64,000 nt of DNA from Denitrovibrio sp. (lineage in GTDB: Bacteria; Chrysiogenota; Deferribacteres; Deferribacterales; Geovibrionaceae): positions 105,274-169,273 of the forward strand of contig PKTN01000010.1 in assembly GCA_002869185.1 (NCBI GenBank), read 5' to 3'. Both the position numbers and the translations under genes were made by a program. The notes under the pieces are model-generated. The model had not been told where the DNA came from, did not search any database, and was given only the letters and a program-made list of their open reading frames with translations. This document shows, piece after piece, positions 10,004 through 19,692 of the stretch (its first letter is position 1; the number at the start of each line of letters is the position of its first letter).

Positions 10004-11691
10004 TAAAGCACCTCCTTAACGTATTCTAGGACTTCTTCGGTAAAGAATGGTCGTCCATCGTATTTAAGGAATTTTTTATTAATCATAATTCCAGTATTTT
10101 CAGCGATTAGAGCACCTAGTTGTGCCGTCTTATTATTTTCGAACATAGTCAGGTTCTTACTTTTCATAAGTTCAGTCACTTTGTCCCAATCGATAGGGTG
10201 TACCGATGGGAAGTAGATAAAGTTAAACCTGTCATCAAACTTCATAGCTTCAAGCAGAACCTGTTTCATAGAGCCGAAGCATACAAAGGTCATCTCTGCA
10301 TCTTCTTTGCCTATAAGGTATGGTTGAGGCATTTCAGCAGTTACGAATGGTTGCTTGCTGAAACGTCTATCTGTCTGAGTTATTCTATTTTCTGCTGTGT
10401 CAGAGACAAAGCCTATTTCATCGTGTTCGTTACTACTAGCTATAAAGAGTCCACCATCTGTTCCGGGGATGCTACGTGTACATACACCATCTTTAGTCTC
10501 TTTAAATCTTTCGAAGTGAGCAACAGGGTTTTCTGAGTCGCCTTCAAAAATGAGTCCTCTATCTACCTCGCCGTATTCTGGGTCTAGCTCACCAGACATG
10601 AAGGCTGATTCTGATAAAAATTTATCTAAAAGAACTATAACTGGTATCTGATATTTCTCTGCTAGGTTGAAAGCATCAAAAGTAAATTTATAAGCCTCTT
10701 CGATATCCCCAGGTGTATATATAGCTCTAAGGAACTCACCTTGTGATGCATGGAGTGCGTATTGCAAATCAGCTTGCTCTGTCCATGTAGGAAGTCCTGT
10801 GGCTGGTCCCGGTCTCTGTGAGAGTGCCACAACTAACGGTATCTCAGTGATAGCAGCGAGTCCAAAGCCTTCGTTCATAAGAGCGAAGCCTCCACCTGAT
10901 GTACCCGTCATAGCTCTAGCCCCTGCGTGTGCAGCCCCTATTGCCATGTTTATTCCTGAAATCTCATCCTCTGCGTGTTTAACTGTGATGCCGAAATCAC
11001 GTGCTTGTTTAGCTAGGTAGTGCAGAATGGAGCTTGCTGGTGTCATAGGGTATGTGCTGAAGAAATTTACGCCAGCTCTGATAGCCCCTATGCATACTGC
11101 CTCGTTACCTGACATGAAGGCGTTAGTTTCACAATCGTCGTTAGATGTAAAATCAAGCCCTTCAAGTTGGCAACTGCAAGCATCGTAGCCAGCAATAGCA
11201 GCTTGAACGTTAGCCTCTGCAATCTTTTCTGGGTAGCTAGTTCTGACAACCTATTCCATGATCTCTTTAGGAAGACCAAGGGCCGCTATGGATGCTCCAA
11301 GCGCCACTGTGTTCTTCATAATATCTTTACCCTCTATGTCAGCAATTATCTGCTTGAGAGGTACGTCAATTTTTTTGCCATTTGCTGTGTCGCCCTTTTT
11401 GAGATTAGCAAAATCTCCGATAACTACTGTGTCATCTCTGAATTCTTCTCTCTCAAAGCAAACATCAGCGAGTGCGATATAAATATCAATATCCTTCATT
11501 GGTGCTGTGACTGGTGTTCTGGAGAATACTATCTGGTAGCTATTGTATCCACCTCTAATTATTGACGGGTACTCTAAGTATCCGTGGACGAAATATCCGC
11601 ATTTTTTGAGAATATTCGCAAAAACAGGACCAAGGGAACTGATTCCGAATCCAGCGGGACCACCCACTTTCCAAACAAATGATTTGTCCAT
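10003..11691 (-). pseudogene. 2-oxoacid:ferredoxin oxidoreductase alpha subunit (fused gamma-alpha type), interrupted by an in-frame TAG at 11251-11253
   Basis: ORFs 11251-11691 (gamma-like domain) and 10003-11115 (alpha domain, YPMTPASS) are in the same frame. Translation across the join reads ...LGLPKEIME-TAG-VVRTSYPEKIAEANVQAAIAGYDA...FMSGNEAVCIGA with no other stop. Confidence 0.8.
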
Positions 11692-11702
11692 AGTTGCCTC
11701 TT

Positions 11703-12257
11703 TTAGTTTAAGTTATTTTCATTAAAAATTAGCGCTTCAAATCTATATATTTCAGTATCTGGCTCTTTCCAGTCATTTTGACTAAGACCAGCTTTAACGC
11801 ATGTTTGTTCCAAAAATTCTTTACTGTTCCAATCTCTCTCTGTTGCTACTTGTGGAAGAAGGACCCCTCTGCTGTTCCCTTTGATGATGTATATACCATC
11901 TCTGCCAACAGTGATCTCATCTGCTGTTGTTTTGACCATGGGAGACAGCACGGATATCTCTATCTCACACATTCCTAGTTCATCTTTTGAAACTGGACCA
12001 AACCTAGGGTCTGCAAATGCTGCTTGGCATGCCATCTCGGAGATGTTTTGTGCTATATTAATGTCGTCACGGAAATTACCTATGCAACCTCTAAGTCTGT
12101 TTCTTAGGTTGATAGTTACAAAACAACCACCATTGAAGTCAAGCTCATCAGGAACTGTTTCAAGACTATATATCTGATTGTCCTGTTTTGATCTTATGCT
12201 TTGTCTTGCTAATTTTAAAAGGAGTAAACGGGTCTCTCTTGAGAGCTGAAGCGTCAT
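11703..12257 (-). CDS. AMMECR1 domain protein (AmmeMemoRadiSam system protein A-like)
   Basis: LRGCIGNF motif. ATG at 12257 follows AGGTGA. Confidence 0.7.
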   Translation of the reverse strand: MTLQLSRETRLLLLKLARQSIRSKQDNQIYSLETVPDELDFNGGCFVTINLRNRLRGCIGNFRDDINIAQNISEMACQAAFADPRFGPVSKDELGMCEIEISVLSPMVKTTADEITVGRDGIYIIKGNSRGVLLPQVATERDWNSKEFLEQTCVKAGLSQNDWKEPDTEIYRFEALIFNENNLN

Positions 12258-12457
12258 ATGTGTCACCTGAAATAATAATAAGATTATTAACAATTAAAAC
12301 GTTTTGATATCGGTTTGTCAACATGGATAGGTATTCTCTTTTTTAATTTGATACTTTGGTAATCTGGTATAGGGCATTAGGATAAATTTGAAATTACTCA
12401 TTAATAAGAGTAAGGTATTTTTATAAACAAAGATATGGTCTGAAAGGTATTAAAAAA

Positions 12458-13933
12458 ATGAAACACATAAATAAGTTATATTTATTGATAATAATTCTGT
12501 TGTCGACAGTTGTTTGTCATGGAGCAGATCTGGAAAAAATGTATCAGCCTTATTATAAGCAACTTGATAAAGTGCGAGAGAATAAACAAGAAGAGCTAGT
12601 GAGATACTTAAAGAGAGTCGAAAGCGTAGCGAAAAGTATTGGATCCGACAGTGAAATGAAAGATTTATTTATTATGAAACGCCACTTATATAACCAAACC
12701 AAAACAGCAGCAATGACTCAAGAGCAAAAAGATATACAACAGTTTCTACGTAATTCAATTATAGATAGGTATATGGACAGATATCTAGTTTTTTATGACC
12801 TTCTTTTCATAGATGAAGCTGGAGATATCTTTTATACGAACAGAAGGCAAGGGGATTATCGTAAAAACATTTTTAAAGGAAAATTGGCAAAAACAGCCCT
12901 TTCAAAGCACCTTAAGAATGATTCAAAATATTCATTTGTAGATTATCAAAATTTTGAGGTCTCTGCTGAACCTTCTGCATTCTTTATGGTACCTTTTGTT
13001 ATGAACGGGAAAAAACTAGGATGGTTTGTATTACAGTTTGCTGTCAATCGAATTGATGATATGTTTTCGATCGAGTCTAATCTAGGTAGGACAGGTGAAG
13101 TTTTTTTAGTCAATGAAGACCAATATATGCTCACTGATTCTCGATTTACAGCAGAAAGTACTATTTTAAAAAAACACCTCTCTAGCGATAATATTTTACC
13201 AAAATTTAAAGAGAAGTCTGGTCATAAATTAGTAGTAGATTATCGTGGTTTTAGAGCTCTTTCATCATTTAACGTTATTTCAGTCTTGGGAAGTAAATGG
13301 CTCATTATTGCGAAAATTGATGAAGATGAAGTATTAACAAGTGAATACAAAAAGATGTCTAATCGAAAACAGAATATTTTCATCAAAGATACTATTAATT
13401 CAATAAATATAAAAAAAGTGGAAAAGTATATTTTAAAGAAAGACATAGAAGTAGATATGGATGAGTTCAAAAGAGCAACCAATGGTCAAACACTATATAC
13501 TCACTGAGTTTCAACATGTACTGCATTGATCTTTAGCCTAAAAGAAAAATTTGCATATATGGCACATATGAGTGGATATGATAAAATCTACGGAGGAGAT
13601 GGTACAGATTTATTAAATCACATCATGAAGCGTATTGATGAATTTGATGCTGTTAGAAATGAAAAACGTTTGATAAAAGTCTATATTGTTTCGCCTAATG
13701 TCAATTATGATAAAAATATCATCGATGCTCTGCTTAGATGGGGACTGATGCTCTCTCAGATAAATATCATCGTTAATCCTCAAGCTAAGTATGCTGATAT
13801 CTCACATGACTATACAACTCAAAAGACACTTATAAACTGGAATGTACAGATGAAAAAAGTAAAATATGGAATGTATATGGATGATGTTCATTCTTTAGCT
13901 GAATATTATTACAGAACGCGGGCTTCAAATTAA
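12458..13933 (+). pseudogene. Signal peptide plus Cache-like sensor domain joined, across an in-frame TGA (13505-13507), to a CheD-like deamidase-fold domain
   Basis: ORFs 12458-13507 and 13526-13933 share a frame. Cache signature GRTGEVFLVNEDQYMLTDSRF. The junction TLYTH-TGA-VSTCTALIFSLKEKFAYMAHMS resembles the CheD active site TLGLGSCVAVC...GAMAHVML. The Cys lies before the first possible start codon of the second ORF. Confidence 0.5.
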
Positions 13934-14229
13934 AATTAATTAGTTAGATAATAATTTGCTGTAGTGAACGTGTGTGAGAAATGTATTTTTTTTAATAAGA
14001 CATTTTAAAGCCTGTTTTAGCTGTCGTCCAATTAGCTTTTATAACAGAGTTTAAAAAACTAGATATATCTGATAAATTTCTCTGAATTGTTTGTTTTATT
14101 GAGGAAATTACAATAATAGCTGTATATTGTATACAATCTGGTTGACATGCAATACCTAGTATGTTAGTTAAAGTGATTGAGATTTTAACAGTGTTTGTAT
14201 CTTAGAAAACTTTTTTTCAGGAGTGTAAG

Positions 14230-14586
14230 ATGCCAAGGAAAGACCTTGAAACATACCCTAAGAAAACTGGGTACCGCAAACACCCTGGAATGGTAGCATG
14301 GCTTCTGCATAGAATCACTGGTGTGGTTATCGGATTATATCTGATACTTCACATCCTCGGTGTTTCTGGCGTTGTTGGCCCATTCTTGGCTGTTACTTCG
14401 CTTTCAGTTGTGAAAGCACTTCTTCTTGCAAGCTTCTCTTTTCATGCTTTTAATGGTGTGAGAATCGTCCTCATGGAATTCGGCGCTGCAGCCGAAAGAG
14501 AAACTTTCAAGAAATATTTTATGGCCGTAGTTTTTCTCACACTAGTAATAACAATTATCGGTATAATACCGATTTTTACGGCGTAA
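14230..14586 (+). CDS. sdhC: Succinate dehydrogenase/fumarate reductase cytochrome b subunit
   Basis: Three-TM protein of 118 aa, first gene of the sdh cluster. AGGAG RBS. Confidence 0.75.
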   Translation: MPRKDLETYPKKTGYRKHPGMVAWLLHRITGVVIGLYLILHILGVSGVVGPFLAVTSLSVVKALLLASFSFHAFNGVRIVLMEFGAAAERETFKKYFMAVVFLTLVITIIGIIPIFTA

Positions 14587-14601
14587 GGGGAGGACTGGAT
14601 T

Positions 14602-14910
14602 ATGAAAAACTACAAATACATGGGAACCAGCGATGCTGGTACTATAGGATGGCTTATGCAAAGAGTCTCAGGTATTATCCTGATTCTCGTTGTGTTCGTA
14701 CACTTTTTCTCCATGATCAAAGGCGGAGAGGCCGGTATGATGCAAATCATAGTTGGACCTGTTGCAGCATTTGGTGTGTTCCACACATTTAACGGCTTCA
14801 AAATGATCACAGACGATTATGTCCCTGGCGAAGGCTGGAGAGCAGTAATCTATGGTGCGTACTGGATACTCGCTATATCTCTCGTGATTCTCGCCGTTAA
14901 GACAATGTAA
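14602..14910 (+). CDS. sdhD: Succinate dehydrogenase hydrophobic membrane anchor subunit
   Basis: Three-TM protein of 102 aa located between sdhC and sdhA. Confidence 0.7.
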   Translation: MKNYKYMGTSDAGTIGWLMQRVSGIILILVVFVHFFSMIKGGEAGMMQIIVGPVAAFGVFHTFNGFKMITDDYVPGEGWRAVIYGAYWILAISLVILAVKTM

Positions 14911-14923
14911 GGAGTATTAAGGT

Positions 14924-16693
14924 ATGTCAGTAAAAATTGAATATCATAAGTTTGACGTAGTTGTTGTAGGAGCTGGTGGGGCTGGTCTTAATGCCGCTCA
15001 AGTTGCTTCACAACACTGCAAAACCGCTGTTGTGTCTGAGGTTTATCCTACTAGATCACACACCATTTCTGCTCAGGGTGGAATCTCTGCTGCACTTGGT
15101 AATCTAGAAGAAGACCACTGGCACTGGCACATGTTTGACACAGTGAAAGGTTCCGACTATCTCTGTGACCAGGATTCAGCTGAGTATATGACTAGGCTGG
15201 CTCCAGAGATGATCATTGCTCTCGAGCATATTGGTCTTCCTTTCTCTAGAACTCCAGAAGGCAAAATTGCCCAGAGACCATTTGGTGGTCACACTGCGGA
15301 GTTCGGTAAAAGAGCTGTAAAGAGAGCTTGTTATGCTGCTGACCGTACTGGTCACGCTATGCTCCAGACTCTTTATGAAAAATCAGTAGATCAGGGTACA
15401 CACTTCTATAGTGAGTTCTATGCACTTGAACTCCTTATGAATGACGGTCACGTCAATGGTGTACTTTGTTACGATATCCAGAACGGTGAACTCCACGTAT
15501 TTAACGCAAAAGCTGTTGTTTTTGCTACTGGTGGTAACTGCCGTATCTTCCAGACGAACTCTAACGCTCACATTAACACTGGTGACGGTCTTGCGCTTGC
15601 ATTGCGTAAAGGTCTTAGCTGGTCTGACGCAGAGTTCTTCCAGTACCATCCAACAGGAATCTACGGTGCTGGTAACCTCATTACTGAGGGTGTTCGTGGT
15701 GAGGGTGGTATCCTTCTCAACGACTCTGGCGAGCGTTTTATGGAGCGTTATGCTCCTACTATCAAGGACCTTGCACCGAGAGACATCGTTTCTCGTTCTA
15801 TGGCTCTTGAAGTACTTCAAGGAAGAGGCGTTGGTCCTAAAAAAGATCACGTTCTTCTTAAGATTGACCACATCGGTGCTGAAAACATTATGGAGAAGCT
15901 TCCTGGTATCCACGAACTTGCTCTTGTTTTCGCTGGTGTTGACTGTACAAAAGAACCAATCCCTGTAATGCCGACTGCTCACTACCAGAACGGTGGTATC
16001 CCAACTAACTATCATACGCAAGTTATTAAGGGTAACATGGATGGAGAAGAATACGTTCCTGGATTCTTCGCTGCTGGTGAATGTGCATCTGCTTCAGTTC
16101 ACGGTGCTAACAGACTTGGTACTAACTCACTTCTCGACCTCGTTGTATTTGGTCGTACTGCTGGTGAGCAAGCTGCTAAGTATGCTGCTGAAAACGCTCT
16201 TGTACCTCTTACAGAGGATGCAGGTAACGAAGGTATCGCAGCACTTCAGAAATATTCTAACGCTAACGGTAAGCACACTTTCGGAGAACTCTGGGGTGAT
16301 CTTACTGATGTTATGCAGAAGAAAATGTCTGTTTTCAGAACTGAAGAGCTCATGACTGAGTGTTATGCTGAACTTCTTGAGATCGAAGCTAAAATGGATG
16401 ACTACAAAATTAATGATAAGTCTTCTGTTTACAACCTTGACCTCATTGAGGCACTTGAACTTAACAACATGATACTTGTTGCTAAGGCTTGTACTCAAGC
16501 AGCTCTTCTCAGAAAAGAGTCTCGTGGTGGACACTTCCGTGATGATTGTCCAGACAGAGATGATGTAAACTTCCTCAAACACACAGAAGTGTACCTTGAA
16601 GAAGACCTTAAGACACCAAGAGTGGATTACAGAAAAGTACGTCAGCAGCCTATTAGTGTTGATGCTTTCCCACCAAAAGCTAGGGTTTACTAA
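14924..16693 (+). CDS. sdhA: Succinate dehydrogenase/fumarate reductase flavoprotein subunit
   Basis: Motifs VVVGAGGAGL, covalent-FAD site RSHTISAQGG, and HYQNGG. Length 589 aa. Confidence 0.92.
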   Translation: MSVKIEYHKFDVVVVGAGGAGLNAAQVASQHCKTAVVSEVYPTRSHTISAQGGISAALGNLEEDHWHWHMFDTVKGSDYLCDQDSAEYMTRLAPEMIIALEHIGLPFSRTPEGKIAQRPFGGHTAEFGKRAVKRACYAADRTGHAMLQTLYEKSVDQGTHFYSEFYALELLMNDGHVNGVLCYDIQNGELHVFNAKAVVFATGGNCRIFQTNSNAHINTGDGLALALRKGLSWSDAEFFQYHPTGIYGAGNLITEGVRGEGGILLNDSGERFMERYAPTIKDLAPRDIVSRSMALEVLQGRGVGPKKDHVLLKIDHIGAENIMEKLPGIHELALVFAGVDCTKEPIPVMPTAHYQNGGIPTNYHTQVIKGNMDGEEYVPGFFAAGECASASVHGANRLGTNSLLDLVVFGRTAGEQAAKYAAENALVPLTEDAGNEGIAALQKYSNANGKHTFGELWGDLTDVMQKKMSVFRTEELMTECYAELLEIEAKMDDYKINDKSSVYNLDLIEALELNNMILVAKACTQAALLRKESRGGHFRDDCPDRDDVNFLKHTEVYLEEDLKTPRVDYRKVRQQPISVDAFPPKARVY

Positions 16694-16710
16694 GGGGAGG
16701 ATGTAAGAAT

Positions 16711-17418
16711 ATGAAAACAGTTACTTTTGAAGTATTCAGGTATGATCCTGACAAAGATAAAGAAGCATATTATGACACGTTTCAGGTTGAACTTAGAAGA
16801 CCTGGATACCTGTTACTAGATGCTCTGAACCAGATCAAGTGGGAATTAGATCCTACTTTTACTTACCGTCGCTCATGCCGTGAAGGTGTTTGTGGTTCTG
16901 ACGGTATTAACGTAAACGGCGTTAACATGCTTTCATGTATGACTAAAGTCGAAGACCTCGGTTCTGATCACCTAATCATTCAGCCACTACCTGGTATGAA
17001 TGTAATGAGAGACTTGGTTACTGACGTTGATGATTTCTTTAACAAATTCATCACTGTTAAGCCTTACCTCATCAGAACATCACCAAACCCTGATAAGGAA
17101 ATCTACCAGTCTCCAGAAGATCGTAAAAAACTTGATGGTCTTTATGAGTGTATCCTTTGTGGATGTTGCTCATCTTCATGTCCTTCATACTGGGCTGACA
17201 AGAAGTATCTCGGACCAAACGCTTTCCTAAGAGCTTGGAGATACATCGTTGACTCAAGAGATGAAGGTGCTGATCAGCGTCTTCCAATGCTTAATGACAA
17301 GCACGGTGTATGGAGATGTCACACAATTTATAACTGTGTAGAGGCATGTCCAAAGGAACTTAATCCTACCGAAGCTATCGTTAACATTAGAAAGCTTCTT
17401 CTCGATAACCAAGTTTAA
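16711..17418 (+). CDS. sdhB: Succinate dehydrogenase/fumarate reductase iron-sulfur subunit
   Basis: Cys clusters for 2Fe-2S, 4Fe-4S and 3Fe-4S (CREGVCGSD, CILCGCCSSSC, CHTIYNCVEACP). Confidence 0.92.
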   Translation: MKTVTFEVFRYDPDKDKEAYYDTFQVELRRPGYLLLDALNQIKWELDPTFTYRRSCREGVCGSDGINVNGVNMLSCMTKVEDLGSDHLIIQPLPGMNVMRDLVTDVDDFFNKFITVKPYLIRTSPNPDKEIYQSPEDRKKLDGLYECILCGCCSSSCPSYWADKKYLGPNAFLRAWRYIVDSRDEGADQRLPMLNDKHGVWRCHTIYNCVEACPKELNPTEAIVNIRKLLLDNQV

Positions 17419-17444
17419 TACTTAGTTAGATGTGAAAATATATT

Positions 17445-17477
17445 AAGGGCTATCCTTCGGGTTAGCCCTTTTTTTTT
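17445..17477 (+). terminator. Rho-independent terminator of the sdh operon
   Basis: AAGGGCTA...TAGCCCTT stem with a UUCG-type loop, followed by a T-run of 9. Confidence 0.8.
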
Positions 17478-17602
17478 CGCCTAAAATCTCTATACGTTCT
17501 GTCAGGAATTGCGAGAAGCATAACGAAGAACCTATACAATTACATAAGCTGATAGTAACATTTAGGTATTGATCGAAACATGTGCTTGAGCTAGAATTGG
17601 TA

Positions 17603-18391
17603 ATGAAAAAAATGCTACTACTAATAACACTTCTTATATCATTTAACTTATACTCATCTGACCTTTTGAATAATGTCATAATAATATCTATAGATGCTTT
17701 ACATCCTGATGCTGTGACTGCTGAGAATGCACCAAACATATTTAAAGCAGCAAAGACTGGCGTAATAAAACTGAACGGAAAGAGTACTAACCCGCCAAAA
17801 ACATTAATATCTCACTCTGCTATGTTTACAGGTCTTACTCCTCAGAATGGTGGACGCAAAAGTAACGCTTGGCACAAGGGCGACGTGAATATAAAGCAAA
17901 GAACAATATTCAACATAGCAAAAGAGTTAGGGTATAATACAGGCTATATATACTCCAAAGGGAAGCTTGAATTCCTTAAAAATGGTACAATCGACTACTC
18001 AACATTTTCAAAAGAATATCCAATAGAAAGAACGAATGCTTATGTGAACATACATGATAAAAACTTTGTGTTTTTACATATTTCAGGACTAGATATAACA
18101 GGTCCTTTGTATGGCTGGTTGTCAAAAGAGTACATAGAAGATTTCAATTTTATAGATGAAGAGCTACAGGTACTTATTGAAACTGTTACAAAAAAGGAAA
18201 AATATCTACTTATCATAACGTCAGATCACGCAGGTCATGATAGAGCTCATGGGTGTAATCACCCTGACGATTATAAGCTCCCTTTTATAGCTGTTTCTGA
18301 CGTATTAGATGTAAAATCTAAATTGGTTGACCACTATGAAACATATATGCTAACAGATTATCTCAAATCAGTCGGTGTGTTCAAAAACTAA
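17603..18391 (+). CDS. Secreted alkaline-phosphatase-superfamily enzyme (nucleotide pyrophosphatase/phosphodiesterase-like)
   Basis: Signal peptide MKKMLLLITLLISF. Motifs SIDALHPD, PPKTLISHSAMFTGL and TSDHAGHD. Confidence 0.55.
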   Translation: MKKMLLLITLLISFNLYSSDLLNNVIIISIDALHPDAVTAENAPNIFKAAKTGVIKLNGKSTNPPKTLISHSAMFTGLTPQNGGRKSNAWHKGDVNIKQRTIFNIAKELGYNTGYIYSKGKLEFLKNGTIDYSTFSKEYPIERTNAYVNIHDKNFVFLHISGLDITGPLYGWLSKEYIEDFNFIDEELQVLIETVTKKEKYLLIITSDHAGHDRAHGCNHPDDYKLPFIAVSDVLDVKSKLVDHYETYMLTDYLKSVGVFKN

Positions 18392-18462
18392 GTTTACTAT
18401 TCTTCTTGTAATTCCATATAAACTGACTACATTATCTGTAAATAGATAATCGGAGTTAAATC

Positions 18463-19584
18463 ATGTTTTTTATAGTGGCATCGTTTGTGATGCTTTTCAT
18501 GGCTCTATTTAGCGTTCGCACGCTTTTTACTAGGGCTAAATATATTCGGTATGGATTGTTGCTCTTCCTTATGATGTATATCGCTGTGGGTGCGCGTGTA
18601 GCCATAGCAATGATAGGGCATAATGAACTTTTTATACTGCTGGCGTGGGTTGGATACGTCTCTATAGGCGTTGTGAGCATGTTGTTTTGTGCTGCCGTCG
18701 TCAAATTAGTTTTTAACACGACAGGCTATTTTTTGACCAAAACCACAGATAAATTTTCTCCATCAAGAAGGCAGTTTTTGTCTAATTCTCTAGGTACAGG
18801 CATGTCACTCGCAGTCCTTCCTATGGCAGGTTACGGTATTTATCGCGCTGTAGGTAAGCCAATCATAAAGAAAGTAAATCTTACTAACCCAAACATACAT
18901 GAAGGGCTGAAAGGGCTACGGATAGCGCAACTAACTGATATACACGTTGGTCCGACTATAGGTGCTGAAAAAGTTGAGCAGATAGTTGGTATGACAAATG
19001 AGCTAAATCCTGATATTGTTCTTATAACAGGAGATCTTGTGGATGGCTCCGCCAAATATATCTCAGACTATATACTCCCTCTCAAAGACCTAAAATCTAC
19101 CTATGGTACGTTTTTCGTAACAGGAAATCATGAGTATTACTCAGGTGCTAAAGCTTGGATAAAGGCTATCGAGAGCTTAGGGATTATAGTTTTAAATAAT
19201 ACTAACAGAATATTAAAGCATAAAGGTGCAGGCTTAATGGTAGCAGGTGTGCCAGATATACATGCAGATAGATTTGGATTTGAAACACATAAACCTGCAA
19301 AAGCTAAACATACAAATGAGCATTATGACTATTCGATAATTATGTCTCACAGACCAGAGGTAGCTGACGAAATAGCCGAGCACGGCTTTGATCTTCAGCT
19401 CTCAGGGCATACCCATGGCGGACAGTACTTCCCGTGGACGTTTGTTATCTATGCTTTCCAGAGATATGTGAGAGGGCTATATAAAATAGGTGATATGAAA
19501 CTATACGTCAGCCAAGGGACAGCTTATTGGGGACCTCCTATGAGGATTGGAGCTGAGTCCGAAATCACTTTGCTAACCTTATAA
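18463..19584 (+). CDS. Membrane-anchored metallophosphoesterase (YkuE-like)
   Basis: N-terminal TM helices. Motifs DIHVGP, GDLVDG, GNHEY and GHTHGGQ. Confidence 0.8.
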   Translation: MFFIVASFVMLFMALFSVRTLFTRAKYIRYGLLLFLMMYIAVGARVAIAMIGHNELFILLAWVGYVSIGVVSMLFCAAVVKLVFNTTGYFLTKTTDKFSPSRRQFLSNSLGTGMSLAVLPMAGYGIYRAVGKPIIKKVNLTNPNIHEGLKGLRIAQLTDIHVGPTIGAEKVEQIVGMTNELNPDIVLITGDLVDGSAKYISDYILPLKDLKSTYGTFFVTGNHEYYSGAKAWIKAIESLGIIVLNNTNRILKHKGAGLMVAGVPDIHADRFGFETHKPAKAKHTNEHYDYSIIMSHRPEVADEIAEHGFDLQLSGHTHGGQYFPWTFVIYAFQRYVRGLYKIGDMKLYVSQGTAYWGPPMRIGAESEITLLTL

Positions 19585-19692
19585 ACTTCGCAGGCCTGCG
19601 TTCCTTCTGCAAAATCTTTACTATGCATTATTCATAAAGTTTCTAACAGGAACAGCATAAGTATGGCAGTATAAAGTGTTAGCTAAAAGTAC

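Noticed and set aside
11088-11279. The 63-aa ORF bridging the gap between the two oxidoreductase alpha-subunit fragments.
   Set aside because: It is in a different frame from the conserved linker translation. The in-frame readthrough translation explains the region better.
13505-13507. In-frame TGA in the Cache/CheD-like gene read as selenocysteine. This was tempting because selA and selB are in the window and a Cys lies 4 residues downstream.
   Set aside because: I could not fold a convincing SECIS-type hairpin in the ~60 nt after the TGA, only weak AU-only pairings. The aligned CheD position is a structural Gly, not a redox residue. The site also fits the wider pattern of TAA/TAG nonsense codons. 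It is not formally excluded without a SECIS search.
15383-16582. Long ORFs on other frames and strands within sdhA (15383-16021 minus, 15441-15968 plus, 15993-16355 plus, 16127-16582 minus). Similar ORFs lie inside alaS (56304-57074 minus), topA (46435-47040 minus) and the GDH gene (62921-63397 minus).
   Set aside because: They lie entirely inside strongly supported genes, have low-complexity compositions, and show no recognisable motifs or RBS. They are shadow ORFs caused by codon bias.
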